From NCBI GenBank assembly GCA_014729085.1, contig WJKM01000023.1, positions 13,648 through 77,647 on the forward strand: a DNA stretch of 64,000 nucleotides, read 5' to 3'. The notes beneath the pieces were generated by a model. It worked only from the letters and a program-made list of their open reading frames with translations, was not told where the DNA came from and searched no databases. This stretch comes from Candidatus Dojkabacteria bacterium. Lineage in GTDB: Bacteria; Patescibacteriota; Dojkabacteria; B142; WJKM01. Shown one piece after another: positions 37,836 through 48,080 of the stretch. How positions within the stretch are numbered: position 1 is the stretch's first letter; each line of letters opens with the position of its first letter. Made by a program: the position numbers and the translations under genes.

Positions 37836-38558
37836 TTATTCAGTTAATTTTAAATAAACATCATCAAGACTTGTATTTTCTTCGAGTTCTGCCTTTTTTC
37901 TTAATTCTGCAATTGTTCCAGTCTCAACTAACCTACCCTTATCTAAAACTCCTATTCGATCTGCTATTTCCTCGGCTACCCTAAGTGTATGGGTAACGAG
38001 AAGAATAGATCCTCCCTGCTTGGTAAACTTCTTAAACTGCTCTAATGCAATATCCACACTTTTTGGATCTAAACCTACAATGGGTTCATCTATTAAAATA
38101 ACCTTTGGATCATGAAGAAATGCAGCAAGGATTGTGAATTTTTGTTTATTCCCTCTGGAATAATCCTCAAAATAACTATGTTCGATACCTTTTAAATTAA
38201 AAATCTCTAATAATTTTGGAATCTTTCTATTTCGCTGCTTCTCTTTTATATTAAATAATGCTCCGACTAAATGCAGAAATTCAAAGCCCGTTATTGTAGA
38301 CCAGATAAAAGGATCGTCTGGAATATATCCTATTTGTGCTTTAGCTTTTACAGGATCTTTACTTAAATCTATATCGTTGACACAAATATTACCTTCAGTT
38401 GGTTTGATCAGCCCTGTAAGCATTTTTATGATAGTTGTCTTACCCGAACCATTTGGACCAATCAAAGAAAATATTTCTCCTTCTCTAACTTCAAAAGAAA
38501 CATTTTTAACTGCTTTAATTCTGGGGAAATTTTTAGTGAGGTTCTTAACTTTAAGCAT
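37836..38558 (-). CDS. ABC transporter ATP-binding protein
   Basis: Walker A GPNGSGKTT; Walker B ILIDEP; H-loop LLVTHTL. Confidence 0.9.
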   Translation of the reverse strand: MLKVKNLTKNFPRIKAVKNVSFEVREGEIFSLIGPNGSGKTTIIKMLTGLIKPTEGNICVNDIDLSKDPVKAKAQIGYIPDDPFIWSTITGFEFLHLVGALFNIKEKQRNRKIPKLLEIFNLKGIEHSYFEDYSRGNKQKFTILAAFLHDPKVILIDEPIVGLDPKSVDIALEQFKKFTKQGGSILLVTHTLRVAEEIADRIGVLDKGRLVETGTIAELRKKAELEENTSLDDVYLKLTE

Positions 38559-38652
38559 AAGTTTAATACAAACAAGTTAGTACAATCTAGTTTAACAAGT
38601 TTATAGAAAACAGGCTAATTATTTTTCTTAAAATAATCATTGATATTCACTC

Positions 38653-38687
38653 TCGAAAAAAAGCACCGGCTATAAATAGCCGGTGCT
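38653..38687 (-). terminator. Rho-independent terminator after SLH gene 38708..39784
   Basis: agcaccggcta-taaa-tagccggtgct perfect 11-bp stem; on the minus strand it is followed by tttttttt (forward tcgaaaaaaa). Confidence 0.6.
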
Positions 38688-38707
38688 CTAAGGTTACTGA
38701 ACTACCT

Positions 38708-39784
38708 TTATAACTTTTTCCTTGTATTATCAACCATTTTACTCATTGCTCCGCGGGTAACCGGATCGTCCGGTTTAAAATACCCTGTTGAATATCCGCT
38801 TACTATGTCATTACCATAAGCTGCCATTATATTCTCATAAAAAGTATAAGTTTGAGGAACATCAGGGAAACCTTCTATTCCTTCAACAGCTAAAAATTCT
38901 GGATTTCCTGTTTTAGCTCTAGCACCCTCTATTAAAAACTTCATTGCCTGTCCTCTAGTTACTAACCTTTCTGGCTTGAATTCTCCGTCTCCATAACCGG
39001 AAATAACACCTTCACACTTTAAAGTCTGGATATCATTGTAAAAAGCATAGGAGGAAGATACATCAGGGAAATCGCCACATGAAGTGTTAATTTCAAATCC
39101 AAGTCCCTTCCTGACAAACTTAGCCATTGCCCCTCGTGATACAGGAAAATCTGGTCTAAATGTATTATCTGAATAACCACTAACTATTCCATCAGCATAT
39201 AAATTATTAATATAGCTTTCAAAAGTATGCCCTACAATATCAAATAAGGTTGCTTTTGTAGAATAATCAACTGTACACCAATTAGGATCATCTTTAAAAG
39301 TAACTCCCCAAAAATCTTTACTTGCATCTTCATGCATTTGCTTATATGACTTAACCACCATATCCCCATCCGAATAGTGGGCAACAAATACTACATCCTC
39401 AGGATAATAACCGTATGCATCAGGAGCAATATATAAAGGGGGCATTTTCTCCGGCTCAAAAGCAGGAAGATCACAATCCAAAAATATTTTATAATTCATC
39501 CCTATAATATCTCTCATCTCAGCCATTTCTTCTGGGATATCGAAATCCTGCAATTCGGCCTCAAATTTAACTCCTTTGATATATACATCTAATTTTGATG
39601 GAATTTCTATCTCTTGTTTGGTTTCCTGGTCTACTCCACGAAAAGAAAAACTAATATATTCATCTTTTGACCAACCATGACTTACAGATTCCAAGTCCTT
39701 TACTTTAGCGAAACTACTACTAGTAAATCCTAGAACTAATAAAATGAATACTGTGCAAATAATTGTCTTAAGTTGCTTTTTCAT
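38708..39784 (-). CDS. S-layer homology (SLH) domain surface protein (3 C-terminal SLH repeats)
   Basis: Signal peptide; SLH repeats (IVGHTFESYINNLYADGIVSGYSDNTFRPDFPVSRGAMAKFV; FPDVSSSYAFYNDIQTLKCEGVISGYGDGEFKPERLVTRGQAMKFL; FPDVPQTYTFYENIMAAYGNDIVSGYSTGYFKPDDPVTRGAMSKMV). N-terminal domain paralogous to the next gene. Confidence 0.7.
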   Translation of the reverse strand: MKKQLKTIICTVFILLVLGFTSSSFAKVKDLESVSHGWSKDEYISFSFRGVDQETKQEIEIPSKLDVYIKGVKFEAELQDFDIPEEMAEMRDIIGMNYKIFLDCDLPAFEPEKMPPLYIAPDAYGYYPEDVVFVAHYSDGDMVVKSYKQMHEDASKDFWGVTFKDDPNWCTVDYSTKATLFDIVGHTFESYINNLYADGIVSGYSDNTFRPDFPVSRGAMAKFVRKGLGFEINTSCGDFPDVSSSYAFYNDIQTLKCEGVISGYGDGEFKPERLVTRGQAMKFLIEGARAKTGNPEFLAVEGIEGFPDVPQTYTFYENIMAAYGNDIVSGYSTGYFKPDDPVTRGAMSKMVDNTRKKL

Positions 39785-39840
39785 TCTTGTATTTATAAAA
39801 ACTAAATATTTTAATAAGAGCTAATATAGATACTTTATAA

Positions 39841-41490
39841 CTAATCAGTTAAAAGTCTATCTATTACTTCCTCAAATGTACTTTGCGGATGTGCTCCTGG
39901 TAAAGCTTCTATAACTAACTCACCACTGCTGTTGTAACTCACAATAATGAACGTTGGTGTTCCACTAATCCCAAATTCTCCAGCTTGATCTTTATCTGCC
40001 TGCACCTCCGAACTTAATTCCTCGTTATCAAAACAAGTTGCAAATTCCGACCTGGAAATTCCTATATTTTCAGCATAATCATAAAGATCAGAAGTTGTTA
40101 AGGTCGACTGATAAAGAAACAACCAATCATGATATTCAAAATAATTAATATCTCCCCCTACTTCTCCAGCGCATTCAGCTGCCAGTGCCCTCTCAAAATC
40201 ATTTGCATGAAAATCAAGGGGAAGATCTCTAAATACCCAAACCGCTTTACCTGTATCTACATATTTAACCATTAACTGAGGTAATGTTTCATCCCAGAAT
40301 TTCCTACAGAAAGGACATTCATAATCACTCCACTCGATTACTATAACTTCTGCACTATCTTTGTTTCCCAAAACTGCATCATCATCAATTAAAAGTTGAA
40401 CCTCAGAATCTGTAAATAAATCTGGATCTGAGGGATCTGGTTCAGGATCAGATGGCGGAGTTAAAGCTTTTCCCCACAATTTTTGCCTGGTATTCTCCAC
40501 CATTTTACTCATTGCACCTCTAGTTACTGGCAGTTGAGGCTTAAAAGTACCATCTGAATAACCTCCTACAATAAAATAAGAATAAGCTGCCATTATATAT
40601 TCATAGAAAGGATTCTCTCTTCCAACATCAGGAAAGACATCATTTTGCAACACAGGTAGAAAGTCAGGATCTCCTTTCTTTTTTCTTGCACCATTAACCA
40701 CGAACTTCATTGCCTGTCCTCTAGTAACCAATTCATTTGGTTTAAAAGAACCATCCGAATATCCGCTTATGACCTCATAACACTTTAATGTCATAATATC
40801 ATCATAGAATGTATTGCTTGTTTCTACATCTGGAAATCCCTCACAATCCGTCTTGGTACCAAACCCCAATCCTTTACGCACAAATTTTGCCATGGCACCG
40901 CGAGTCACGGGATAATCGGGTCGAAAAGATTTATCTGAAAATCCGCTTACCACATTATCATCATATAAACTTTGAATATATGACTCAAAAGTATGTCCCA
41001 CTATATCGTAAATAGGTGCATTTGAGGTGTAATCTGTTGTACACCAACTAGATTCATCTTTGCTAATTGCAAAACTTTGATCAAAATAGTGATCGGCAAG
41101 TTCAAATCCAGCTAAAAATGAATATCCATCTGAATAATTTACAACAACACTAATATCGCTAACTTTGTATCCATAATAATCATTATTCTCAGGTAAATGA
41201 TTCATAGATGGCCATTCACAGCCATCATATTTAATTTCATATCCAAAATATGCAGCTCTTTCGTCTACAATATTACCAGTAGTTTGAGCTCTCACCCCTT
41301 TTATATAAACATCTAAATCTTCAAGTCTGTCGTATTCCAGCTCATCTTTTGGTACATAAATTGTTAAATAATTTTGGTCTTTATTGGCGAGATATTGTGA
41401 AACTAATAATTGATTATCTGAGGCATAGATTGTATTTGTTAAACAAAAGAAGGACAAAGCAAAAAAAACACCGATTATCCTATTTTTCAT
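39841..41490 (-). CDS. SLH-domain surface protein fused to a C-terminal DsbA-like thiol:disulfide oxidoreductase domain
   Basis: Paralogous N-terminal domain plus 3 SLH repeats (as above), acidic linker PPSDPEPDPSDPD, then a thioredoxin fold with the active site CPFC (IVIEWSDYECPFCRKFWDE). Confidence 0.7.
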   Translation of the reverse strand: MKNRIIGVFFALSFFCLTNTIYASDNQLLVSQYLANKDQNYLTIYVPKDELEYDRLEDLDVYIKGVRAQTTGNIVDERAAYFGYEIKYDGCEWPSMNHLPENNDYYGYKVSDISVVVNYSDGYSFLAGFELADHYFDQSFAISKDESSWCTTDYTSNAPIYDIVGHTFESYIQSLYDDNVVSGFSDKSFRPDYPVTRGAMAKFVRKGLGFGTKTDCEGFPDVETSNTFYDDIMTLKCYEVISGYSDGSFKPNELVTRGQAMKFVVNGARKKKGDPDFLPVLQNDVFPDVGRENPFYEYIMAAYSYFIVGGYSDGTFKPQLPVTRGAMSKMVENTRQKLWGKALTPPSDPEPDPSDPDLFTDSEVQLLIDDDAVLGNKDSAEVIVIEWSDYECPFCRKFWDETLPQLMVKYVDTGKAVWVFRDLPLDFHANDFERALAAECAGEVGGDINYFEYHDWLFLYQSTLTTSDLYDYAENIGISRSEFATCFDNEELSSEVQADKDQAGEFGISGTPTFIIVSYNSSGELVIEALPGAHPQSTFEEVIDRLLTD

Positions 41491-41621
41491 CTTTAAATTG
41501 TAATATATAATTTACGAATTAACTTTACCGATTATATCAAAAATCTTCTTTTATAACTGATAAGAAAACAGAAGATCAGATTAATCCGATCTTCTGCTGA
41601 TTATATTAGAATTCCTATTTA

Positions 41622-42866
41622 TTAATTCCACCCCGGTCTTTCTTCTTCATGATTTCCTTCCTCCGTACCAACATAACCATCTCTATCTTGTGGCTGAATT
41701 TGATTTCCGACACCTCCGGGTTCCCCTGCACTATCTGTTTGTTCATCCTCAGTAAAGTACGACTGATCATCCTCTACTCCTTCTGTTTCCTGGAGTTGAT
41801 ACTTATTTGGTTCTAAAACAGATCCAGAGCCATTTTCCCCAGAGTTTTTATATTGATTCCGATAAACATACCGAATACATTCTTGATACATATGTCTAGC
41901 CTCCCGCGCTAAATTCTGTGATTCTTCATAATCCCCTTCTTTATACATATTCTCCGCTTGAATCATAATTTGATTTGCTTCTCCAACGCAATTCTCAGCA
42001 TTATCGGTTTTTTTGCCTTTATCCGTCTTTTTTTCTAAATGTTTGTTCATCATAGCTTTTTTGAATTCAGCTTTTTCCATTTCCTTTTCTGCAATACCTT
42101 CTGCATTTTCTCCTCTTAAGGACTTCTGAAATGCCCTTTCTCCTACCTTATTTGTTTTTTCCAACGCCTTTATAAGTCCAGCATTCTGAGTTTGTGACAA
42201 TGCTTTCACAAGCACACTTTCAAATTCATCTGTAGATCCTTCCATCTCTTTAGCCAATTGCAACATACTCTCCCTTTTATTTTTATTACCTTCCATTTTT
42301 TCAAGAATCTCTTCAGCTTGAGCGAGATTAAAATTATAGTTTTCTACCAATCCATTAATCAATTCTAAATCAACACTGTCACTATCTTCATCTTCTGCTG
42401 CATATACCGAAGGAATTAATGCAAGACTTTCTTGGTCTTCTAAAAGGCTTTCAAGCTCACTAATTCTTTCCTCAGCTAAATCCAGATATTTTCCGCCTTG
42501 CGCCTCCTCAGACTTAATACCTGCAATCGCTACCTCTACCTTTTCAAAGCCAAGATCAACAAAGTATAGGGCATCTCCTGGTTTTGCTTCATTCGAAGCA
42601 TATGCAATACCGACCGTTCCCAATCCAATTAGACACAAAGCGATTAGAGTATAAAATAAAGCCTTATTTTTCATTGGACTATATATTGAAAAATTAAATA
42701 AATTAATGAACCTCTGGATAATCTTCCTATCCTTTGGCTCTTTGTTCGTAATATTATTGAGAAGACTATTCATAGTACTATTCTTCCATCCCGAATCCGG
42801 AGAAACGTCTATAGAGTTCAACACACTTATTAATTTTTTGGGATTATCTAGTTCTGTTTTATGCAT
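41622..42866 (-). CDS. Putative anti-sigma factor / sigma-factor-coupled membrane protein
   Basis: Overlaps the ECF sigma stop by 8 nt (translational coupling). Cytoplasmic N-terminus, one TM (ALFYTLIALCLIGLGTVGIAYA), acidic coiled-coil ectodomain. Confidence 0.4.
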   Translation of the reverse strand: MHKTELDNPKKLISVLNSIDVSPDSGWKNSTMNSLLNNITNKEPKDRKIIQRFINLFNFSIYSPMKNKALFYTLIALCLIGLGTVGIAYASNEAKPGDALYFVDLGFEKVEVAIAGIKSEEAQGGKYLDLAEERISELESLLEDQESLALIPSVYAAEDEDSDSVDLELINGLVENYNFNLAQAEEILEKMEGNKNKRESMLQLAKEMEGSTDEFESVLVKALSQTQNAGLIKALEKTNKVGERAFQKSLRGENAEGIAEKEMEKAEFKKAMMNKHLEKKTDKGKKTDNAENCVGEANQIMIQAENMYKEGDYEESQNLAREARHMYQECIRYVYRNQYKNSGENGSGSVLEPNKYQLQETEGVEDDQSYFTEDEQTDSAGEPGGVGNQIQPQDRDGYVGTEEGNHEEERPGWN

Positions 42867-43383
42867 CTTGTTTTAAAATTTCTTGTAATTTATGTAAAGC
42901 TCTATTTATGTATACTTTAGTTGTGTCGTATTTATGATTTATAATTTCTGCTATTTCTTCTATTTCTAGCTGTTCTATATATCTTAAAATAATTAACTCT
43001 TTTTCAGCTTCTGATAATTCATTCATTTTTTCCAACACATAATCAATAATAATTTCACAATCAAAATCCGCATCTTGCCCAATACTATTCAACTCTATTT
43101 CATCTATAGCTTTCCGATATTTCTTCCTAGTATCCTGCTTTCTATAAAAGTCTATTAAAAGATTTCGGGCTATTGTATATATCCAAGTTTTAAAGCTCTT
43201 TTTAGTATTGTATAATTCTCTCTTTTCCCATACTTTCATAAATACCTCTTGAGTCATATCTTCTGCCAATGCTTTTCTATACCCTATCCTTAAAAAAATA
43301 TACTTGTAAATTTTTTTATTAAAACTATAGAAAACACTTTTGAAATCTGTAGCATTTTCTATTTTTTTTATCTTCATATACAA
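42859..43383 (-). CDS. ECF-type RNA polymerase sigma factor
   Basis: Region 2 (LAEDMTQEVFMKVWEK...WIYTIARNLLIDFYRK) and region 4 (ELIILRYIEQLEIEEIAEIINHKYDTTKVYINRALHKL). Confidence 0.8.
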   Translation of the reverse strand: MYMKIKKIENATDFKSVFYSFNKKIYKYIFLRIGYRKALAEDMTQEVFMKVWEKRELYNTKKSFKTWIYTIARNLLIDFYRKQDTRKKYRKAIDEIELNSIGQDADFDCEIIIDYVLEKMNELSEAEKELIILRYIEQLEIEEIAEIINHKYDTTKVYINRALHKLQEILKQDA

Positions 43384-43543
43384 TTACGTGAAATGATCTA
43401 TTTAGTAACAAATATTTTTTCTAATCAAATCGCTATTATGTATTACGTACATTATTAACTTTTGTAACTATATTTTATCTAATTAAATTTTAAAATTATT
43501 TATAAAGAATTGATACAATAAGATTATAATATTTCATATTCTT

Positions 43544-44842
43544 TTGATGGACTTAATCGTTGACTTACATATACATTCTCATTTTTCCCGTGCTACAAGC
43601 AAATCCATGACACCTGAAAATATGTATAGATGGGCAAAAATAAAAGGAATAAATGTACTTGCAACAGCAGACTTCACACACCCAGATTGGTTTTCAGAGC
43701 TTAGAGAGAAGTTAGAACCCGCAGAACCCGGACTCTTTAAATTGAAAGAGAAATATTCCAAACAACAGAATGAAAAGCTTCCTAAAAGCGTCAAAAACAA
43801 TGTTATGAGATTCATTCTAAGTGTAGAAATCAGTAATATCTATAGTAAAAATGAAAAGGTAAGGAAGCTTCACAATAATATAATTACTCCAAGCTTTGAA
43901 TCTGCTTCTGAAATAAATGCTAGGCTTGCAGAGATTGGAAATTTAAAAGCTGATGGCCGTCCAATTCTTGGAATGGATAGTAAAGAACTTTTAAAAATTT
44001 CTCTGGAGACTGATCCAGATAATTTATTTATCCCCTCACATATATGGACTCCTTGGTTTTCGATGTTTGGATCTAAATCCGGGTTTGATTCTATTGAAGA
44101 AGCTTTTGAGGAACTAGCCTCTGAAATAAAAGTAATTGAAACCGGTCTCTCCTCAGATCCTTATATGAACTGGAGAATAAAAGAAATTCAAAAGCGAGCA
44201 ATAATCTCAAGCTCCGATGCACATTCACCCGAAAAACTAGGAAGAGAGGCAAACATTATGGACTGTAAACTAGACTATTTCGATATCATAAATGGTATCA
44301 AATCAAATGATAAAAGACTTTCCGGCACCATTGAATTTTATCCTGAGGAAGGGAAATATCATTATGACGGACATAGAAAATGCGATATTTGTTTTAGACC
44401 CAGCGAAACAAAAAAACATGAAGGTATTTGCCCAAAATGTTCGAAACCTCTTGTAAAAGGAGTTCAATATCGAGTTGACGAACTAGCGGATAAGCCGGAA
44501 GACTATATACATAAAACAAATAAAATAGTTGAATACATCATTCCTCTTGCAGAAATAATTGCAGAAATAGAAGGAGTTAAAAGTATTAAATCAAAAACAG
44601 TTACAAGAAAATATAAAGAAGTCTTCTCTAGTTTAGGTGATGAATTTACCATACTTCGAGAAATTCCAATTCTAGAAATTGAAAAACAAGGATATAAAGA
44701 GTTGGCAATAGCAATTAAAAAATTGCGGAACAAAGAAATATATGTTGAGCCCGGTTATGACGGGGTCTACGGAACGATCAAAGTTTTCGAAAACCAAAAA
44801 GAAAAATCCTCAGAATTATCCGGGCAGTCTAATTTTCTCTAA
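43544..44842 (+). CDS. PHP-domain protein with C-terminal C4 zinc finger (endonuclease Q-like)
   Basis: N-terminal PHP motif DLHIHSHFSRATS...ATADFTHPDWF; zinc ribbon GHRKCDICFRPSETKKHEGICPKCSKPL. Architecture and size (432 aa) fit EndoQ. Confidence 0.5.
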   Translation: MMDLIVDLHIHSHFSRATSKSMTPENMYRWAKIKGINVLATADFTHPDWFSELREKLEPAEPGLFKLKEKYSKQQNEKLPKSVKNNVMRFILSVEISNIYSKNEKVRKLHNNIITPSFESASEINARLAEIGNLKADGRPILGMDSKELLKISLETDPDNLFIPSHIWTPWFSMFGSKSGFDSIEEAFEELASEIKVIETGLSSDPYMNWRIKEIQKRAIISSSDAHSPEKLGREANIMDCKLDYFDIINGIKSNDKRLSGTIEFYPEEGKYHYDGHRKCDICFRPSETKKHEGICPKCSKPLVKGVQYRVDELADKPEDYIHKTNKIVEYIIPLAEIIAEIEGVKSIKSKTVTRKYKEVFSSLGDEFTILREIPILEIEKQGYKELAIAIKKLRNKEIYVEPGYDGVYGTIKVFENQKEKSSELSGQSNFL

Positions 44843-44853
44843 TTTGTTAAATT

Positions 44854-46476
44854 TTAAAACATATATCCCGCATTATCAGATTCTAATTTAGTTCCTATCT
44901 CATAAGTATCGGTATCAATACAAAGCGACAACCTATCCTGATTTGTCTCTATAGTATTCTCCCCTGGATTATCAAATAGGTCACAGGCACCGCTTGAAGC
45001 ATCCACTTCTACAGTTGAAAAATCTGTAACTTCGTAAGTAGATTCCATTTCCCCATAGCTCATATGTATTGTTGTCCCATCTACCCAGAATGTATCTGGA
45101 TAATACATATTGTAAGAGTAAAAATCTGTCATATCAAAACTTATATCCAGCAAATTCATTCGCCTTGCTGAATCTCTCTGACTTTGTCCTATTAAATTTT
45201 CCAACTCTGTTAAATCCACATCAATCTTGATATCTGGTGTAAAAGTACTTAAAACATTATCTATTTCTGTCATATCATTTGGGTTAGTAGTAACTGTAAG
45301 CAGAGTATAGTAATACTCTTCATGAATCGTCTGATCAAAATACCCATAAATATAATCCTCTCCTGTTGGATCGGATGGTTCCATCTCTATTCTGTATATA
45401 TTATTCTCAACCATACCATGTGAAAGTACATTGGTATCCCAAAATATTTCTTCAAATTGAGCTGGGTCACTTAGTATACTCTCCCAATAAGCTTCTAATT
45501 CAGCCATATTTTGGAAACCGCCTTCACCCTCCATTGTCAGACTATATTCGCTGTAAAACTCTAAAGGAATCGCAATTACCATCATCATAGCTTCTGAATC
45601 ATTTTCGGTTGTTCCATCTTTATACAAATACACCATATCAATATAATTATAGATTTCTTCTGGATCAGTTCCACCGCCTAGATCTTCAAGTCCAGATTCA
45701 AACGCCCAATTATCGGGATATTTAATCTCAAAAAAATTCCCTGTATACTGATTCCAATTCTCATCGAACGGTGGGATATATTTATCTTGGCAGAAGTATT
45801 CGGCGCATTCCACATCCTCATATCCTGCAAGTTTCATAAGATTTGTTACAACCTTTGCAATTTGAGCTCGAGTCATATTTTGATCCGGTCTAAAAGTTCC
45901 ATCCTGATACCCGCTGATTATTTCGTTTTCGACCCCTGTGAGAATATATTCAACAAAAGTATAATCTTCCGACACATCTGGAAAGTAATCAGTAATTGCT
46001 CCTGTCATTTCATTGAAAAAACTATCAGTTCTATTTACATCAACCCCTATTACAGCAAGTTTCATTAGAGCTCCACGACTTACATTTTCCTTCGGTTTAT
46101 ACTCACCCGTAGTATATCCTGAAGCAAGACCAGCGTTCTTGATTGACTGAATTGCTTCAAAAAAAGGATAGTCTTCTGGCACATCTGGGAATCTTTCTCC
46201 TGATGTATCAGTAGGTATATTGAATGCATTTTTTAGAATCTTAGCAATCTGACCTCTAGTTACAAAATCATCCGGACCAAAGTTTCCATTCGAATATCCT
46301 GAAATTATCCCCTGATGATACATGTATTCAACATAAGGACATAAAGAGTGGTCTACTGTCAGATCGGGAAATATTTCATTGCATGCGCCTGCAGTTTCAA
46401 CCGCAGAAATTTTAACAAGCCCCGATGCAAAAAAGGTAAATAAAAATATTATTAGGATAGTTACATACTTTTTCAT
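44854..46476 (-). CDS. SLH-domain surface protein (3 N-terminal SLH repeats plus C-terminal ~330-aa domain)
   Basis: Signal peptide, then SLH repeats (LCPYVEYMYHQGIISGYSNGNFGPDDFVTRGQIAKIL; FPDVPEDYPFFEAIQSIKNAGLASGYTTGEYKPKENVSRGALMKL; FPDVSEDYTFVEYILTGVENEIISGYQDGTFRPDQNMTRAQIAKVV). Confidence 0.7.
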   Translation of the reverse strand: MKKYVTILIIFLFTFFASGLVKISAVETAGACNEIFPDLTVDHSLCPYVEYMYHQGIISGYSNGNFGPDDFVTRGQIAKILKNAFNIPTDTSGERFPDVPEDYPFFEAIQSIKNAGLASGYTTGEYKPKENVSRGALMKLAVIGVDVNRTDSFFNEMTGAITDYFPDVSEDYTFVEYILTGVENEIISGYQDGTFRPDQNMTRAQIAKVVTNLMKLAGYEDVECAEYFCQDKYIPPFDENWNQYTGNFFEIKYPDNWAFESGLEDLGGGTDPEEIYNYIDMVYLYKDGTTENDSEAMMMVIAIPLEFYSEYSLTMEGEGGFQNMAELEAYWESILSDPAQFEEIFWDTNVLSHGMVENNIYRIEMEPSDPTGEDYIYGYFDQTIHEEYYYTLLTVTTNPNDMTEIDNVLSTFTPDIKIDVDLTELENLIGQSQRDSARRMNLLDISFDMTDFYSYNMYYPDTFWVDGTTIHMSYGEMESTYEVTDFSTVEVDASSGACDLFDNPGENTIETNQDRLSLCIDTDTYEIGTKLESDNAGYMF

Positions 46477-46580
46477 TGGTATATTTATTAAATTAAGTTA
46501 ATTAAAAACATTATACACTAGTTATTTATTATACGAGTTTATACGTGATATTATTACATGTAATTTGCTGAATTAATATA

Positions 46581-47144
46581 ATGAATATAATTAAAAAATG
46601 GAAAATTCTTAAAAAGCAAGACGTCTCGCCTAGCCATTGGCTTCCTGTTTTTAAACATAAAGTAGAACTTCCAAATAATAAAATTGTAGATGATTTTTAT
46701 ATTGCAAAGTTTCCTGATGTAGTAATGATTATGCCTATGACCAAATCAGGAAAAATCGTTTTTTGTAAACAATATCGACACGCAATAGATAAAATCATGC
46801 TCGAACTCCCTGCAGGTATGATTCAAAAAGGCAAAACACATAAAGAAACAGCTATTGCCGAACTCGAGGAAGAAGTAGGAATTAAAATCTCAGAAAACAA
46901 ACTAATAAACATTGGTTTTTCATCATGCATGCCTCACAAATTTGATTATAGAGTATATTCTTTCTTAGCAATGGACTTGGAATTCAATTCAAAACAAAAG
47001 TTAGATGAAAACGAACAAATTGAGGTAGTAACTCTTAACCCTCAGATTGTTTTAGAAAAAATAAAGAGCGAGGAAATATACAGCTCGGATACTGTAAGTT
47101 TAATTTTTCGTGTTAAACTAATATATCCCGAGATATTTGAGTAA
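46581..47144 (+). CDS. Nudix hydrolase (ADP-ribose pyrophosphatase-like)
   Basis: Nudix box GMIQKGKTHKETAIAELEEEVGI. Confidence 0.8.
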   Translation: MNIIKKWKILKKQDVSPSHWLPVFKHKVELPNNKIVDDFYIAKFPDVVMIMPMTKSGKIVFCKQYRHAIDKIMLELPAGMIQKGKTHKETAIAELEEEVGIKISENKLINIGFSSCMPHKFDYRVYSFLAMDLEFNSKQKLDENEQIEVVTLNPQIVLEKIKSEEIYSSDTVSLIFRVKLIYPEIFE

Positions 47145-47153
47145 AATAAACAT

Positions 47154-48080
47154 ATGGATGAAGTCTCCTTAAAAAATGTATTAACAAAATATGGAATTGG
47201 AGAACTGATTTCTGCCAAACAGACACAAAGAGAATCACCAAACCTTCAAAGATGTTACTTTCTAGACACTACAAAAGGTAAATATTTTCTTAAAAGATAC
47301 AATACGTTCAGCTATTCTAAAAGAAAGGGATTGGATCTTATCAAATTTTTATACGAAAACGATTATCCCTGCATCAAAGTTATACTATCCAACCAGAGTC
47401 AACCTTATGTTGTCCACGAGGGCTTTGTTTATGCGTTATTCGAAGCTATCACAATCCCTGATATTTGGAATATAAGCGAAAATGAAGCTTTTGACATGGG
47501 AAAACAGCTTGGACGACTCCACATACTTGCAAAAGATATGCAAATCAGAAAAAGCCCAGTAGACTATTTCGAATTATTAAATATTTTTAATGATTTTAAA
47601 AAGAATATACCTACAATACCTGGCGAACATAGAAATAAACTTGAATACATAGAACAAGTGTACCCTTATTTAGCTCTACCTGATGATCTTCCCCAGTCAA
47701 TTTGCCATGGAGAATTTACTCCTGAACATATTTTCTTCTCGGAAGAAAACATTGTGAAAATCATTGATTGGGATCTTGTGGGCTACGATTATATGTTCTA
47801 CGATCTTGCAACAGCCTTAATCGGCTGTTTCCAAGATGGGGTACTTAAATTTAATATTCTCTCCCAAATTCTTAAAGGATATGAAAGTTCTCGCAAACTG
47901 ACAGATTGGGAGCAAAATCATATCTTCGAAGGTGTCCAATTTGGAGTAATTAAATTTGCAATTTGGTATCTTGATGATATTGACATAAAAGGATGGGAAA
48001 ACTTTGACATTAATCTCAAAGAAATCATGAAATATGACAAAAATAGTTTTGACAATAAGCTGAATACATACCTAAAGTAA
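47154..48080 (+). CDS. Aminoglycoside phosphotransferase (APH)/choline-kinase-like family kinase
   Basis: Catalytic loop ICHGEFTPEHIFF and DWD motif KIIDWDLVGYDYMFYDLA; 308 aa. Confidence 0.6.
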   Translation: MDEVSLKNVLTKYGIGELISAKQTQRESPNLQRCYFLDTTKGKYFLKRYNTFSYSKRKGLDLIKFLYENDYPCIKVILSNQSQPYVVHEGFVYALFEAITIPDIWNISENEAFDMGKQLGRLHILAKDMQIRKSPVDYFELLNIFNDFKKNIPTIPGEHRNKLEYIEQVYPYLALPDDLPQSICHGEFTPEHIFFSEENIVKIIDWDLVGYDYMFYDLATALIGCFQDGVLKFNILSQILKGYESSRKLTDWEQNHIFEGVQFGVIKFAIWYLDDIDIKGWENFDINLKEIMKYDKNSFDNKLNTYLK

